Numbered from the stretch's first letter, positions 12,997 to 24,752 are shown. The stretch: DNA of 64,000 nucleotides from Mobula hypostoma (GCF_963921235.1 NC_086101.1:11844001-11908000); one strand, 5' to 3'. Numbers and translations are program-made. The notes: a model not told the origin generated them from the letters alone.

Positions 12997-13924
12997 TTTC
13001 TTTCTTTTTAAATCTTTTTATTGAATAAATATACAAAAAGGTAAGCCATACAGGCACTAATACACTGTTAGAATATAATAAAATTACAGGAGATATTAAT
13101 ACAGGAAAAAAAAGTGATACAAACAATGTAACTTAAACATAACATACTAAGGTAACATAATAGTGTACTAATTTATATATATATATATCAATAGAGAAAG
13201 GAAAAAAAAACCCACCGTGCAACTAAACTAAAAGCAAAGCAAAGCAATGGGCTAACTTGGAACCGAGTTAAAGAACTTAAAATCACGTCCTCAAACCCGA
13301 CCTCCATTAAAAACAGTAAAAAAAACAAGAAGGGTATATAAATATGGAGCAAAAAAGAGAAGGAAAAAAAATTACATTAAATGAAAATATTGAATAAAAG
13401 ATCTCCAGGTCTGTTCAAATTTAAGTGAGGAATCATAAAGATTGCTTCTAATTTTCTCCAAATTCAAGCATAATATCATCTGAGAAAACCAAACAAAGGT
13501 GGTTGGATCATTAAGCTCTTTCCAATATTGTAAGATACATCTTTTCGCCATTAAAGTAAGAAATGCAATCATTCTACGGGCTGAAGGAGAAAGATTACTG
13601 GAAATTTTAGGTAGTCCAAAGATAGCAGTAATAGGGTGAGGAGAGATATCTATATTCAATACCTTTGAGATAATATTAAAAATGTCTCTCCAAAAAGTTT
13701 CCAGAGTAGGACAAGACCAAAACATTTTAGTTAAAGAGGCTATCTGCCCCAGACATCTATCACAAAAAGGATTAATATGAGAATAAAAGCGAGCTAATTT
13801 ATCTTTGGACATATGTGCTCTATGAACAAATTTAAATTGAATTAGGGAATGTTTAGCACAGATAGAGGAAGTATTGACTAATTGTAAAATCTGCCCCCAG
13901 TCATCCACGGAAATGATAGACCCC
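12997..13924 (-). mobile_element. 5'-truncated young L1 (ORF2 C-terminal zinc knuckle plus 3' UTR)
   Basis: ORF 13372..13926 nearly identical to the C-terminus of ORF 57113..58627; 15-bp TSD aagaatcagattatc (12982-12996, 13925-13939). Confidence 0.93.
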
Positions 13925-13973
13925 AAGAATCAGATTATCAAACGTGGCACTAAGACATCTTCGTTAGAATACA

Positions 13974-14218
13974 AGCAACACACATAAAATTTGCTGGTGG
14001 ACGCAGCAGGCCAGGCAGCATCTCTAGAGTCGACGTTTCGGGCCAAGACCCTTCGTCAGGTCTAACTGAAAGAAGAGATAGTAAGAAGAGATATATCTTC
14101 TTTCAGTTAGTCCTGACGCAGGGGCTCGGCCCGATGCTGCCCGGCCTGCTGTGTTCACCAGCAACTTTTATATGTGTTGCTTGAAATTCCAGCATCTGCA
14201 GATTTCCTCGTGTTATCA
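13974..14218. mobile_element. Penelope-derived element: inverted pair of terminal repeats with a hammerhead motif
   Basis: TSD ttagaataca (13964-13973, 14219-14228); the two halves are reverse complements. Confidence 0.82.
14028..14063 (-). ncRNA. Minimal type I hammerhead ribozyme motif (Penelope-type)
   Basis: Minus strand agac-CUGACGA-A-GGGU-CUUG-GCCC-GAAAC-GUC-gacu: intact core, 4-bp stem II, one mismatch in stem I. Confidence 0.7.
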
Positions 14219-15774
14219 TTAGAATACATTTAGTTTAGTTTATTTCTATTGTTAGCATTGATTTAATCAACAGTTTTCAGAATTAAAAAATTATATGTCT
14301 AGATTAAATATTTCACAAAATAGTTACAGCACAGAGGAGGCCATTTGGCCCATCATATCTATTCTGACTCAATGTATGGACAATCCAGCTTGACCCATTT
14401 CCCTGTGCTTTCCCATAAGCTTGCTACTTTGTTCCAATACTTAATCCATGGCTGTTTGAATCCTATAGTTGAATCTGTCTCCACTTCTCCCCAGGCAGTT
14501 CATCCCAAACCCTAAACACTCACTGAGTACAATAAAGTGCTGCCTGTTTATTTTTAAATAACGTAGATGCGCTTTTGCCTACTGGAATAAAATTTCCTTT
14601 TAACAACTTTCTGCATGTACACATGTATAGAAAGCAGTTGGATTGGGGTTTGGAGCTGCTAGAATTGTTATTTTCCTATTTTTCTTGTAGCTTAACTTCC
14701 CATTGCTTGCTCTCATATTTATATAATCACACGTATACATGTAATTGTTCAGTGAATTTTCCAGCTGCTTCTCTATTTCTCCTGAAACCGCTTAGATTTC
14801 AGTAGCAGATGAGATGTTACATGAAATGGCTACTTTAGAGGTCAGTCGTTGTCGCTGAAATTTTGTTATTTCTTCTCCGAGTATGAGACAAACACAACTC
14901 CTTTTTCCTTTGCCTCTTATTTATTCCCTCTGCTCGCTTATTCATTGTCTGGTCTTGTCATGGACATATGTAATGTTTTATGCCCCATGCTTGACTTCCG
15001 AAGAACCTTTGGAAAGCATTATCATGCTCTGCTCCTGACCTAACCCCCTGTTCCTAAAGCTACCTAAACCCCTTGCGTACCAAATATTGCAAATGCACAA
15101 GCCTCAGCTTCTGCTTGGGCCTCCAACTTGAAGGATCTAGGGGTCAGACATCAGCTCTAGAACCCTCAGCACTAAGCTGGGTTATTTGATCTGTTTTTAA
15201 GTTCCTGGGCTATATTGGCGTTCACACCATTGAACGGCATCAGTTTGGCGTCAGAGTCAAACACATATTTGTGGATTTGGAGTCACATTAGGTCCATCCA
15301 GGTAAGGTTGGCAGACAGGATTTTATTCGCTGGAGCACAGGAGAATGATAGAGATATACAGAATTATACAGATAGGGAGACACTCTTTCCACTGGGGTCG
15401 GGTGAGACTACAACTAGGTTAAGGGCAAATGGAAAAATATTTAATGAGAACCTGAGGAGGAACGTCTTCACTGAAAGGGTGGTGTCAGTGTGGAACAAGC
15501 CATCAGCAGAAATAGACATGGGGCCAATTGCAACTACTAAGAAAAGTTTGGAATGGATGGGTATGAAGGGCTATGGACCAGGTGTGGCAGAATAATCGCT
15601 TGACATAGACTAGGTAGACTAAGGGGACTGTTTCTGTGCTGTGGTGATCAATGACTCTATATCCTCTCCTGAAGGACATTAATTAAGCAGATTTTTACAA
15701 CAATATAATGGCTTTGTCATCATGGTTACTAATGACTAGTTCAGACCTAAAACCTTGGCATTGAAAACTACAGA

Positions 15775-16180
15775 CACAAGAAAATCTACAGATGCTGGAA
15801 AGCCAAACCAACACACACACAGAATGGTGGAAGAACTCAGCAAGCCAGTCAGCATCTGTGGAAAAGAGTAAACAATCGACGTTTCAGGCCAAGACCCTTC
15901 TTCAGGTCTGGAAAGGAAAGGGAGAAGTTAGAGTAAAAAGGTGGAGATGGGGAGGGGGTGAAGTAAAGATCTGGGAAATTGATTGGTGAAAGAGATAAAG
16001 GACTGGGGGGGGAGTCTGATAGGAGAAGATAGACCATTGAAGAAAGAGAATGAGGAGGAGCACCTGAGGGAGGTGATGAGCAGGTAAGGAGATAATGTGA
16101 GAGAGGGAAACAGGGATGGGGAATGGCGAAGGAAGCGAGGAGAGGGAACAATTACCGAAAGTTCGAGAAATCGATGTTCA
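15775..16180 (-). mobile_element. Penelope-like element 3' end with hammerhead motif at 15874-15909
   Basis: Minus strand agac-CUGAAGA-A-GGGU-CUUG-GCCU-GAAACGUC-gauu, preceded by a long pyrimidine-rich tract. Confidence 0.7.
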
Positions 16181-16189
16181 TACTACAGC

Positions 16190-16770
16190 CTGGACTATTT
16201 CTAACTATTTTACTTCTCCCCAATCCATCAAAGCCAGATTTTCCAAACTAATCTTTTCTCCATGACCAACCCAGTCGTATCACGTCTTAATGCCGTGGAG
16301 TTCGATCAATAACAGCATCTTCTACGTTCCTGGTACTTCCCCCACCTTTCAATGGGGGTGACCGTAATCTGCCAAGTCCTGTCCTCCGTCTCCCATGTGA
16401 TCGGCCACCTCCATGTTTTCCGCGTTAGTACAGTATGGATTCTCATTGAATCTTTCTCCTCACGGAAAACGTGGCAATATCAGAAGTAGCCGCAAGACAT
16501 TAGTGTTCGAGTTGAACTCCTCCCAGACAGAAACAGCGCAGCTTTATGAGGGAATTTCATAAGTGGATAATAAAAAGAGACCAACGTATCCAGCAAAAAT
16601 ACAGGTATTATCTTCCGAGAATGGAAAGTTCTTCACACAGGACGAGCATTGTAGACTGTTCCGCAATCCCATTCAATCCCCGAGACGACTTCGACTTTTC
16701 CCACTGTCTTTATACGGGGAACCCCTACAGCTGGACGGATTGTACAATAGAATACAAATAGATTTCTGAA
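16190..16770 (+). mobile_element. Possible degenerate L1 ORF1 fragment
   Basis: YPAKIQV...GKFF resembles the L1 ORF1 C-terminal YPAxLxI...FF motif; frames are broken. Confidence 0.35.
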
Positions 16771-16882
16771 TGGACTCTACCTTACTACTTTAAATTTTCT
16801 TTTTGTGCTACTAATTTAGTTTAACTTTTTAAATTTATGTGTATGTGTATATATATAGAGAGAGATAGAAATAGATATATAT

Positions 16883-17110
16883 GCAAACAACAGGAATTCT
16901 GCAGATGCTGGAAATTCAAGCAACATACATCAAAGTTGCTGGTGAACGCAGCAGGCCAGGCAGCATCTCTAGGAAGAGGTACAGTCGACATTTCAGGCCG
17001 AGACCCTTTGTCAGGACTAACTGAAGGAAGAGTGAGTAAGGATTTTGAAAGCTGGAGGGGGAGGGAGAGATGCAAAATGATAGGAGAAGACAGGAGGGGG
17101 AGGGATAGAG
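16883..17110 (-). mobile_element. Penelope-derived short element with CpG-decayed hammerhead
   Basis: Same family sequence as 3068 and 13974; minus strand agtcCTGACAAagggtctcggcctGAAATGTCgact; flanked by an atagatatatat duplication. Confidence 0.75.
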
Positions 17111-18761
17111 GATAGATATATATTCTTACTTCAATTTAGCTTTTAATTATTATGTACTGTATTGAAATGTACCGCTGCCTCGTAACAACAAACTTCACGA
17201 CACATGCCGGTGATATTAAACCTGATTCCGATTCTGAAGTGTCCCAACTATTGAACTGATGATTTTTATAGAACGTAGAGGCAGTTTAACCCACGATGTC
17301 ATGCCGGCTGTTTTTGTAACCTACTCCGAGATCAATCTAACACTCCTCTCGCGTATAGCCCTCCAGTTTCCTATCATCCAGAAGGGGGACGCCAGAGGTA
17401 GGTTTTTCACACAGAGACCGGTGGGTGAGTGGAAAGCGGAAGGCACTGCCGGGTCCGTGGAGAGGCGGTTAGAGGCTGATACATTAGATGCGCTTAAGCC
17501 TTGGAGAAGCATATGGATGATAGAAAATGCGTGTGTGTGGGGCGAGGGGGGAGGGTTAGATTAATTAATCTTTGAGTAGATTAAAAAGTTAGCACAACAT
17601 CAGGGCCAAAGGGCCTGGGCTGGGCTGTTCTATGCTCTATATCAGACGGAAGTCACCCCCTCTTTGAAATGGCTTTATAGTTCAGCGGACCACTGTAAAT
17701 TAGCTCAGCTATTTTACTTACGTAGTTTGAGCCGAGGAATTTGTTTCCTTTTGATTACTCGTTAATAGGATGCTTGGATATCGGCCAATATAAAAAACGT
17801 TGCCTCCCTGATAAGGACAGTGTTGGCAGCGATTTTTGAAAGTCTTTAATTTTTAAGAGTCTTTACCATGATTTGTGGATGTGGCTTTATTGGCGTCTTT
17901 CTCTCTCTTTTTATGTTTGTCTGAACCATTGTGAGTAACAGCGATTGACGTAAATTATCGCCATATGCATGGTGAGTGCAGATGCGGGAATCAGGAGCAA
18001 CACACAATCTGCTCGGATTGAGCGGCGTCTGTGGGGGAGGGGGGTTGTTGTCTGAGGAAATACCGACGAATCGGCTCGAACCTTCGCATCAGGACCAGAC
18101 CCGAGACGGTGAACACTACGCGCTATGCCAAGTCTCGCTAATATCCATAGAGGGTGGTAGGGTATTGTAAGGAATAGCGGGAGAGTAGGTTATAGGAAAA
18201 TTAGTGTGGGTGGGTTTGATTGTTCCGCGCTCAATGGACTGAACTGCCTTCTCCTGTTATAACAGAGTACGACCGTGAGACCTAGAAGCAGGGTTAGGCC
18301 ATTCGGGCCGTCGATTCTGCTCCTCCCCATTCCCTCATGACTGGTTTATAATCCCAAATCTCCTGCCTTCTCCCCGTAACCTTTAGTTATAGAAATATGG
18401 ATCAAATATGGTTATTGACCAACTATGAAACAGACCTAATAAAGTCACAGAGAGGGAAACAGGCTCTTCGGCCCAAGGACGGCGGGCTACCAGCCAAACG
18501 CGGGCAGCGCTGACGGCCTCGGTGGACAACACATTCGGCATGAACGAGTTACGCCCAGACATCTCCCGCTGAATCCTACTTTAATTCAATGTCCTTGTTA
18601 AAGGAACGCTCACAGGCTCGAAGAAAAACGGAGCGCGATTCCAATGAGTTTTACAAGAGCCGGTCCCCACATGGCATCCGAGTCTCTGTTAGAGATTCTA
18701 ATGTAACACGCAGAATGCTGGAACAACTCAGCAAGTCTGACAGTATCAATGGAGAGGAATA

Positions 18762-18805
18762 AACTCTCGACGTTTCTGGCTGAGACCCTTCATCAGGACT
18801 CGAGT
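18762..18805 (-). ncRNA. Hammerhead ribozyme-like motif in the claudin 3' UTR (Penelope-derived)
   Basis: Minus strand aacucgaguc-CUGAUGA-A-GGGU-CUCA-GCCA-GAAAC-GUC-gagaguu; core intact, G-A mismatch at the base of stem II. Confidence 0.55.
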
Positions 18806-18820
18806 TCCCGTGAACTTTCC

Positions 18821-19456
18821 CTAGACATACTGGCTTAGGCTGGTGTCTGCCTGAGCCGGGGTGTGGTGGCCCAGCTGAGTATCTCGACCTCTGCGCCTGT
18901 AACAGGACACCCACAAGAAGCAAGCGTCGGCGATGAAGAGGACTCCGGCGGCTATGCCGAGGTACAAGGAGGGTCCCAGTTCCTTCTTGGCGTGTTCGGG
19001 GACGGAGTCGCCGTAGAAGTCGCTGATGATGCTGTTGGCTGTGGTGGAGACGGGGATTAGCTGCAGGACGCCGGTCAGCAGGAAGATGAAGCCGGCTGCC
19101 GAGGTGAGGCGGACCTTGCAGGCCGGCCCGCGAATGAGTTCGGTCCAGCTGGCGCCCATCACGGACATCAGGATGCCGAGGGCCGCCAGCGCGGCCGCGG
19201 TGGTACTCAGCGCCCTGGCTGCCTGCAGTTTCCCGCCCAGGCTCAGCACAGAGTTGAAGGGGTTGCAGACCAGCTGGCCGCTGCTCTGCCAGATGCAGTC
19301 CATCCACAAGCCCTCCCAGGTCTGCACAGCGGTCACCATGTTCGCCCCTTGAAAAGCCGGTACCTTCCACAGGGGCAGCGCGCAGCTCAGGATCGAACAG
19401 ACCAGCCCGCTCACCGACAGAAGGAGACCCACGATCTCAAGGGCAACTGGCGCCAT
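18821..19456 (-). CDS. Intronless classic-type claudin (claudin-3/4/6/9-like), 211 aa
   Basis: Four hydrophobic segments; W...WEGLWMDC...C ECL1 signature; II.DFY...KKELG ECL2; C-terminal YV PDZ motif; gggATGG Kozak context; lies in a CpG-rich island. Confidence 0.95.
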   Translation of the reverse strand: MAPVALEIVGLLLSVSGLVCSILSCALPLWKVPAFQGANMVTAVQTWEGLWMDCIWQSSGQLVCNPFNSVLSLGGKLQAARALSTTAAALAALGILMSVMGASWTELIRGPACKVRLTSAAGFIFLLTGVLQLIPVSTTANSIISDFYGDSVPEHAKKELGPSLYLGIAAGVLFIADACFLWVSCYRRRGRDTQLGHHTPAQADTSLSQYV

Positions 19457-20715
19457 CCCAACTCACCCCACCCCACCAACCAACCACTTCCTCACCGAAA
19501 CAGACTCTTCGGCCTAGCCAGTGCGTGCTGAACATCAAGGATACATTTCCACTAATCCTATCCGGACAATCCCACACGCACCTCCTTCTCCCCCCGAGAT
19601 TTCTACCACGAGTCCGCACACGAGTGGTTAACTCAGCGGCCAATTAACCTGCCAGACCGCTGGTCTTTTGAGTGTGAATTGCGGTCCTGGGGCGAATGTG
19701 CAAATTCCACGCAGATCGTGCCCGATGTCGGGATCGAACCCAGGTTGCTGGAGCGCTGCGCTGTCCGGTCTTGAACTGCTTTTTCAGCTAAACACTAACC
19801 AGCAGGATCTTGTCTGCCACTGTTGCCGACAAAGCGAGACTAGATACAGCTCGTTACAAATCCACAGAACGGGAGGGAAGGGGAGCGTTAATCTCGCTGG
19901 TTTGAGTGGAGTAATGCGGTCGGTAGAAAGAAGTCAGTAAATTTAAACCTACGGGTGATGCGTTTAGCCGGTAATCTCCCGCTGGACGTTATCACGGCGA
20001 TTAAAACGCCCGCTTCACGGTGTCACCCGCCGGCTGAATGTCCGCTTTAATTCCGAAGTATTGGTAGGATAGGATTAAGTCAAAATTCTCCAAGTTAGTT
20101 CAATCACCTCGGATTCGTCTACTTCTCTTGACACATTAGAGCAACTTATTCCACAGCGAATCGCAGTCCATTCAATACCATTGCGCTCCCGATTATTATA
20201 TTTTCAGCGCACCTCTTGAATCCATTACCCGCGACATTTCTTCCTTCGCCTGTTTTCTCGTCGCAAAATCTGCAAGTCCTCTTAAAAATGGACCCCAATA
20301 TAATTTGTTGTAGTTCGGCAGCGCGCAAGTCCCTGCGCCAAGTTATGTCCTATCGTGTTTGCGGATAGGAAGTATTGTGAAACAAACCAGCAATGTTTAC
20401 AGTACTGGCGTGTACAGCCTCCCCCGTCCCTACTCTCTAACAAAATCCCAGAATAGAACTGATTTCCCTGGGCGCTCCTTCAGGGAGTAACACGGACGGA
20501 AAAGGTCCTTCGGCCTCTCTGGTCTCTGACCACAGCATTCTCCCCACTAGGCCACGTTTGGCCTATAACCCTTCAATCCCATCCCCTCCATCCACCTATC
20601 GAAATGCCTCTTAAATGTTGCATTTGTAACCGCCGCTTCTTTCCAGACACCTCTGTGTAAATTCACCTCTCGGGTCTCTTTTAAATCTCTCTCCTCTTAT
20701 CTTGTAACTGTGCCA

Positions 20716-20815
20716 GGCAACTTCCTATAGATGCTGCCTGGCCTGCTGCATTCACCAGCAATTTCTATGTGTGTTGCTTGAAATTCAAGCATCTGCAGAT
20801 TTCCTCGTGTTTGCA
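20716..20815. mobile_element. Short Penelope-derived insert
   Basis: 14-bp TSD ttgtaactgtgcca (20702-20715, 20816-20829); family sequence gatgctgcctggcctgctgc...cagcatctgcaga. Confidence 0.75.
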
Positions 20816-21494
20816 TTGTAACTGTGCCATCTAGTTTTAGAGTTCCCAACTATCACCTCCAACCTTATTGATAACACTCAGAAGTTTATAAACTTCTTGG
20901 GTGTACTAAGAGGTTGAGCTAAGTTCTAAGTTTAAGGTGTAGACTCCTCATTCTCTAGCGAATAAAGATCCAGTCTACCCAACCCCTGTAACTCAAGCCC
21001 TCCGGTCCCTGCAACCCACACTCCCATTCCACATGGGGAGGAAAATGTCTGCCCTTTGTCCCCTCCACCTACCGCCACCCAGTCTCTGTTGTGATAGCCA
21101 CACTCTCCTCTTCCATCTGCCTGTCACCCCTCCTCATCTAGATCCACCCCTCACCTCCATCCCTTCTCCTCATTTCTTGATACCGTCTGCTGATACCATT
21201 GAAGCAGGCACCCCAGTGGTTCTAATTCCTGAGGAGTTTGAGAAGATCAGGTATGTCAACAAAGACTTTTGCACCTCCCAACTCCTTGTATAGTTCCTAT
21301 TCTCTTCCATCGCCTGGATCCATCCATCACCTGCCAGCTCTTGCCCCACCCCCACATTTATATACCAGCTACCTTCCTTCTTTCCGTCCAGTCCTGGAGA
21401 ATTTCAATCCAAACATTGACTATCCATTTCTACGCCTAGGAGCTGAGTTCCTCCAGCATTTTGTGTGTGTGTTGTTACTAATTTCTACAGATGT

Positions 21495-21880
21495 ACTGTA
21501 GAGGTGGGGCTCATCAGCCGTGGTTGGCAGCTCATCTAGGAGAAGGAAAACTCTGATCTCAAACCCCTGCTGCCTTGCAGGTAAAAACCCATTCATGGGG
21601 AAGGCTTCAGGAGTAAACCCCAAGGGGAAAAAATCCGAAGCTGGAGTCCCTAAGATGGACTTACATTGAGTTCAACACGGACTGACAACTCCTGCGATGC
21701 TGTTGGTACCAAAATGTACTGGTCTCTGCTGACCCTTTGGGTTCATCAGATGCATGCAGAGGGGGAGCTATCTGCATGGGGAACAGCTTGTTCTCCATAG
21801 TGTACTATCCAGGGTTGCTTATCTGGACAGCTGAGATGCAGCATCCATGGTCGCCCCTGACTGATGGGAGCCTCACTCAT
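21495..21880 (-). mobile_element. RTE-like short repeat; related copy at 38880-39375 (+)
   Basis: Shared gcatctgatga.cccaaagg...cagcatcgcaggagttg...gggactccagct block in opposite orientations. Confidence 0.55.
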
Positions 21881-22349
21881 TCACTGTGGAGAGAGTGGCA
21901 TCACTGTCTGGTATGTCGGTGCCACTGCACAGGATGGCAAGAGGCTGCAGATGGCTGGAGATTCAGCGGGCTCGCACGGGTACAAGCTTCCCTGCCTTTG
22001 AGGACATCTTCAATAGGTGGTGCCAGCATGCATCATTGAGGACCCTCGCCTTCCAGGACATGTCTTCTTCTCATTACTCCCAGCAGGGAGGAGGTACAGA
22101 AGCCTGAAGACTAATACTCAATGTTTCAGGAACAGCATCTTCCACTCCACCACCCGATTTCTGATCAGTCCATAAATGTAAACCCCACTTCAACAGTTTT
22201 TGCACAATTTATTTATGTTTGTAATTGATAGTTATACTGATGTCTTTGCAATGTACTGCTGCCACAAAACCACAGATTTCACATCACATATGTAAATCTG
22301 TGATAATAAATGTGACTCTGATTCACCCCTCTGCACCTTCAGTCTAGAT

Positions 22350-22430
22350 CAGGGGTTCCCAACCTTTTTTATGCCATGGACCAATACTAATAAGCAAGGG
22401 CTCCATGGAGCCCCAGGTTGGGAACCCCTG
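22350..22430. mobile_element. 81-bp hAT-Charlie-type MITE
   Basis: Perfect 16-bp TIR caggggttcccaacct / aggttgggaacccctg; 8-bp TSD GTCTAGAT (22342-22349, 22431-22438) matches the NTCTAGAN preference. Confidence 0.92.
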
Positions 22431-23076
22431 GTCTAGATGAAGGGACTCAATCTGAAATGTTAACTGTCCACTTCCTTCTAGAGATGCTGCCCGATCCACT
22501 GACTTCCCCTACTTTTAGTGCATTGCTCCAGATTTCTGCATCTGCAGTCTCTTGTGTCTCTGAAATGTTGATAGTCCATTTTCCTCCTTGGTTGCTGCTC
22601 CACCCACAGAGCTCTGCGCTGTCATTTATTTTGCTCGGAATTCCAACATTTGCAACCTCTCATCTCTCCAGCATTGTTATTGCCTGAGAAAGGAAGTCAC
22701 GGCCTTGCAAGCCACCCATGGCTTGGCTTGTGCTGACCCCACTCAGTGTAGGGAAAGTCCCACAGGTGGGCTACCCTCCCAAGCTCTTTAAAAACTTAAG
22801 GTATTCAGATTCAGACTCATTTGTTTATCGCATTTACTTCAAAATATGTTGTTTGCGTTAACAACTAGCACAATCGAAGAATGTTCTGGGGGCCTCCCAC
22901 AAGTGTCGCCACACATTCTGGTGCCAACATAGCACACCCAAAACAAAAACGAAACAAGCCCCTTTCCCACCCTCTCACCCATCCACTCACACATATAGGT
23001 GGGTGAAGTTCAGAGCTTTGTACATAACATCCAAGAGACGTGGAAAATGCTTACAGAATGCTGGCTCAGGAATATG

Positions 23077-23586
23077 CACTCAGTAGCTACTTTGTTAAGT
23101 ACACCTGTATGTCGGCTCATCCGTGCAATTATATAATCAGACAATCCTATGGCAGCAACTCAGTGCAAACATGGTCAAGAAGTTCAGTTGTTGTTCAGAC
23201 TGAACAACAGAATGAGGAAGGAATGTGATCTAAGTGTCTCTGACCGTGGAATGATTATTGGTACCAGACTGGATGGTTTGAGTATCTCAGAAACTGCTGG
23301 CTTCCTGGGACTTTCATGCACAAATCTCTAGAGTTTACAGAAACAAAAAAAAACATCCAGCGAGCAGCAGTTCTGTGGGTGAAAATGTGTTGTTAATGAG
23401 GGAGGTCAAAGGAGAATGGTCGGACTGGTTCAAGCTGACAGGAAGGCAACAGTAACTCCAATACAACACTGGTGTGCAGAACATCGCTGAACACACAACA
23501 CATTGAACCTTGAAGTGGATTGACTACAGCAGCAGAAGACCATGAACATACACTCTGGCCACTTCATTAGTTACCTCCTAATAAAG
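23077..23586 (+). mobile_element. Tc1-like non-autonomous element (same family as 10542)
   Basis: DRGMIIGTRLDGLSISETAGFLGLS transposase remnant; degenerate cactcagtagctacttt TIR. Confidence 0.8.
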
Positions 23587-24359
23587 ATTTTAAAGAGGGT
23601 GAAGAAAGAACTTACTAAAGTGTTTCCAAGGATGAAGAGAAGTGATTCCTTCAGCCAGAGGGATGGTGAATCTGTGGGACTTGTTGGGTGCATTTAAGGC
23701 AGTGATTGATAAGTTCTTGATTTGTAATGGGGTTAAGGGTTATGGGAAGAAGACAGGGGAATGGGGTTGAGAAACAAAAAAAACTGGGGTCATGGTTGAA
23801 TGCAGGAGATTCTGCAGACACTGGAAATCCAAAGCAACACACACAACATACTGGAAGAATTCAGTGTGCCTCCTTTCAGATTCCTTCATCAAAATTTAAC
23901 CTCTTCCACCTATTGCCTCCACCTTCTTACTTTGTCCCCCTGTCCCTCACCTGTTTTCACCCATCACATGCCAATTTGTACTCCTCTCCCCTCCCCCATG
24001 CTCTTATTCTGGCTTCCTCCTCCTTCCTCTCCTGTCATGATGAGGGTCTTGGCCAGAGACATCGATAGTTTCTTTGTGCTACCTGACCTGCTGAATCCCT
24101 CCAGCATTTTGCGTGTGCACTGCCATGATTGTACTCCAAATGGCCTCATTTTGACTCCTATGTCTTGTGGTTTAATTTCATTTCCTCTGTGGCTTTGCTG
24201 AGACAATTCAACTTTCTGCTTTGCCTACCCTGCACTTGATCTATCATGAAGTATGGAGATTTGATAGGATACCACATCCAAACTTCATTTCAATTTTCTT
24301 ATTTCCCTTGACAAATTATTCCTATGGTATCAGACTCCTTATGAAACATTTCTTGTGAC

Positions 24360-24752
24360 CGTAAGTCGTAGAAGCACAATTCAGTCATTCATCTCATACT
24401 CCATACACCTGCCTTCTCGCCAGATCCTTCGATGTCCTGACCAAGTTGGAAACTATCTTATATACCCTCGGACTTGGTCTCCACTGCAGTCTGTGGCAGA
24501 GCATTCCACAGATTCACTATTCTCTGGCTAAAAAAATTCCGCCTTATCTCTGTTCTAAGGGGTCATCCCTTAATTTTGAAGCTGTGCCCTCTAGTTCTGG
24601 ATACCCCCACCATAGGAAACATCCTCTCCTCATCCACCCTATCTAGTCCTTTCAACATTTGGTCGGTTTCAATCATATCCCCCTGCATTCTTCTAAATTC
24701 CAGTGAGTACAGGCCCAAACCTGCCAAACGCTCCTCGTATGTTAACCCCTTC
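24360..24752 (-). mobile_element. CR1 3' fragment
   Basis: GLTYEERLAGLGLYSLEFRRMQGD. Confidence 0.85.

Noticed and set aside
18651..19370. 239-aa alternate-frame ORF and antisense ORFs over the claudin
   Set aside because: GC-rich shadow frames; no recognisable domain; the end runs into a repeat
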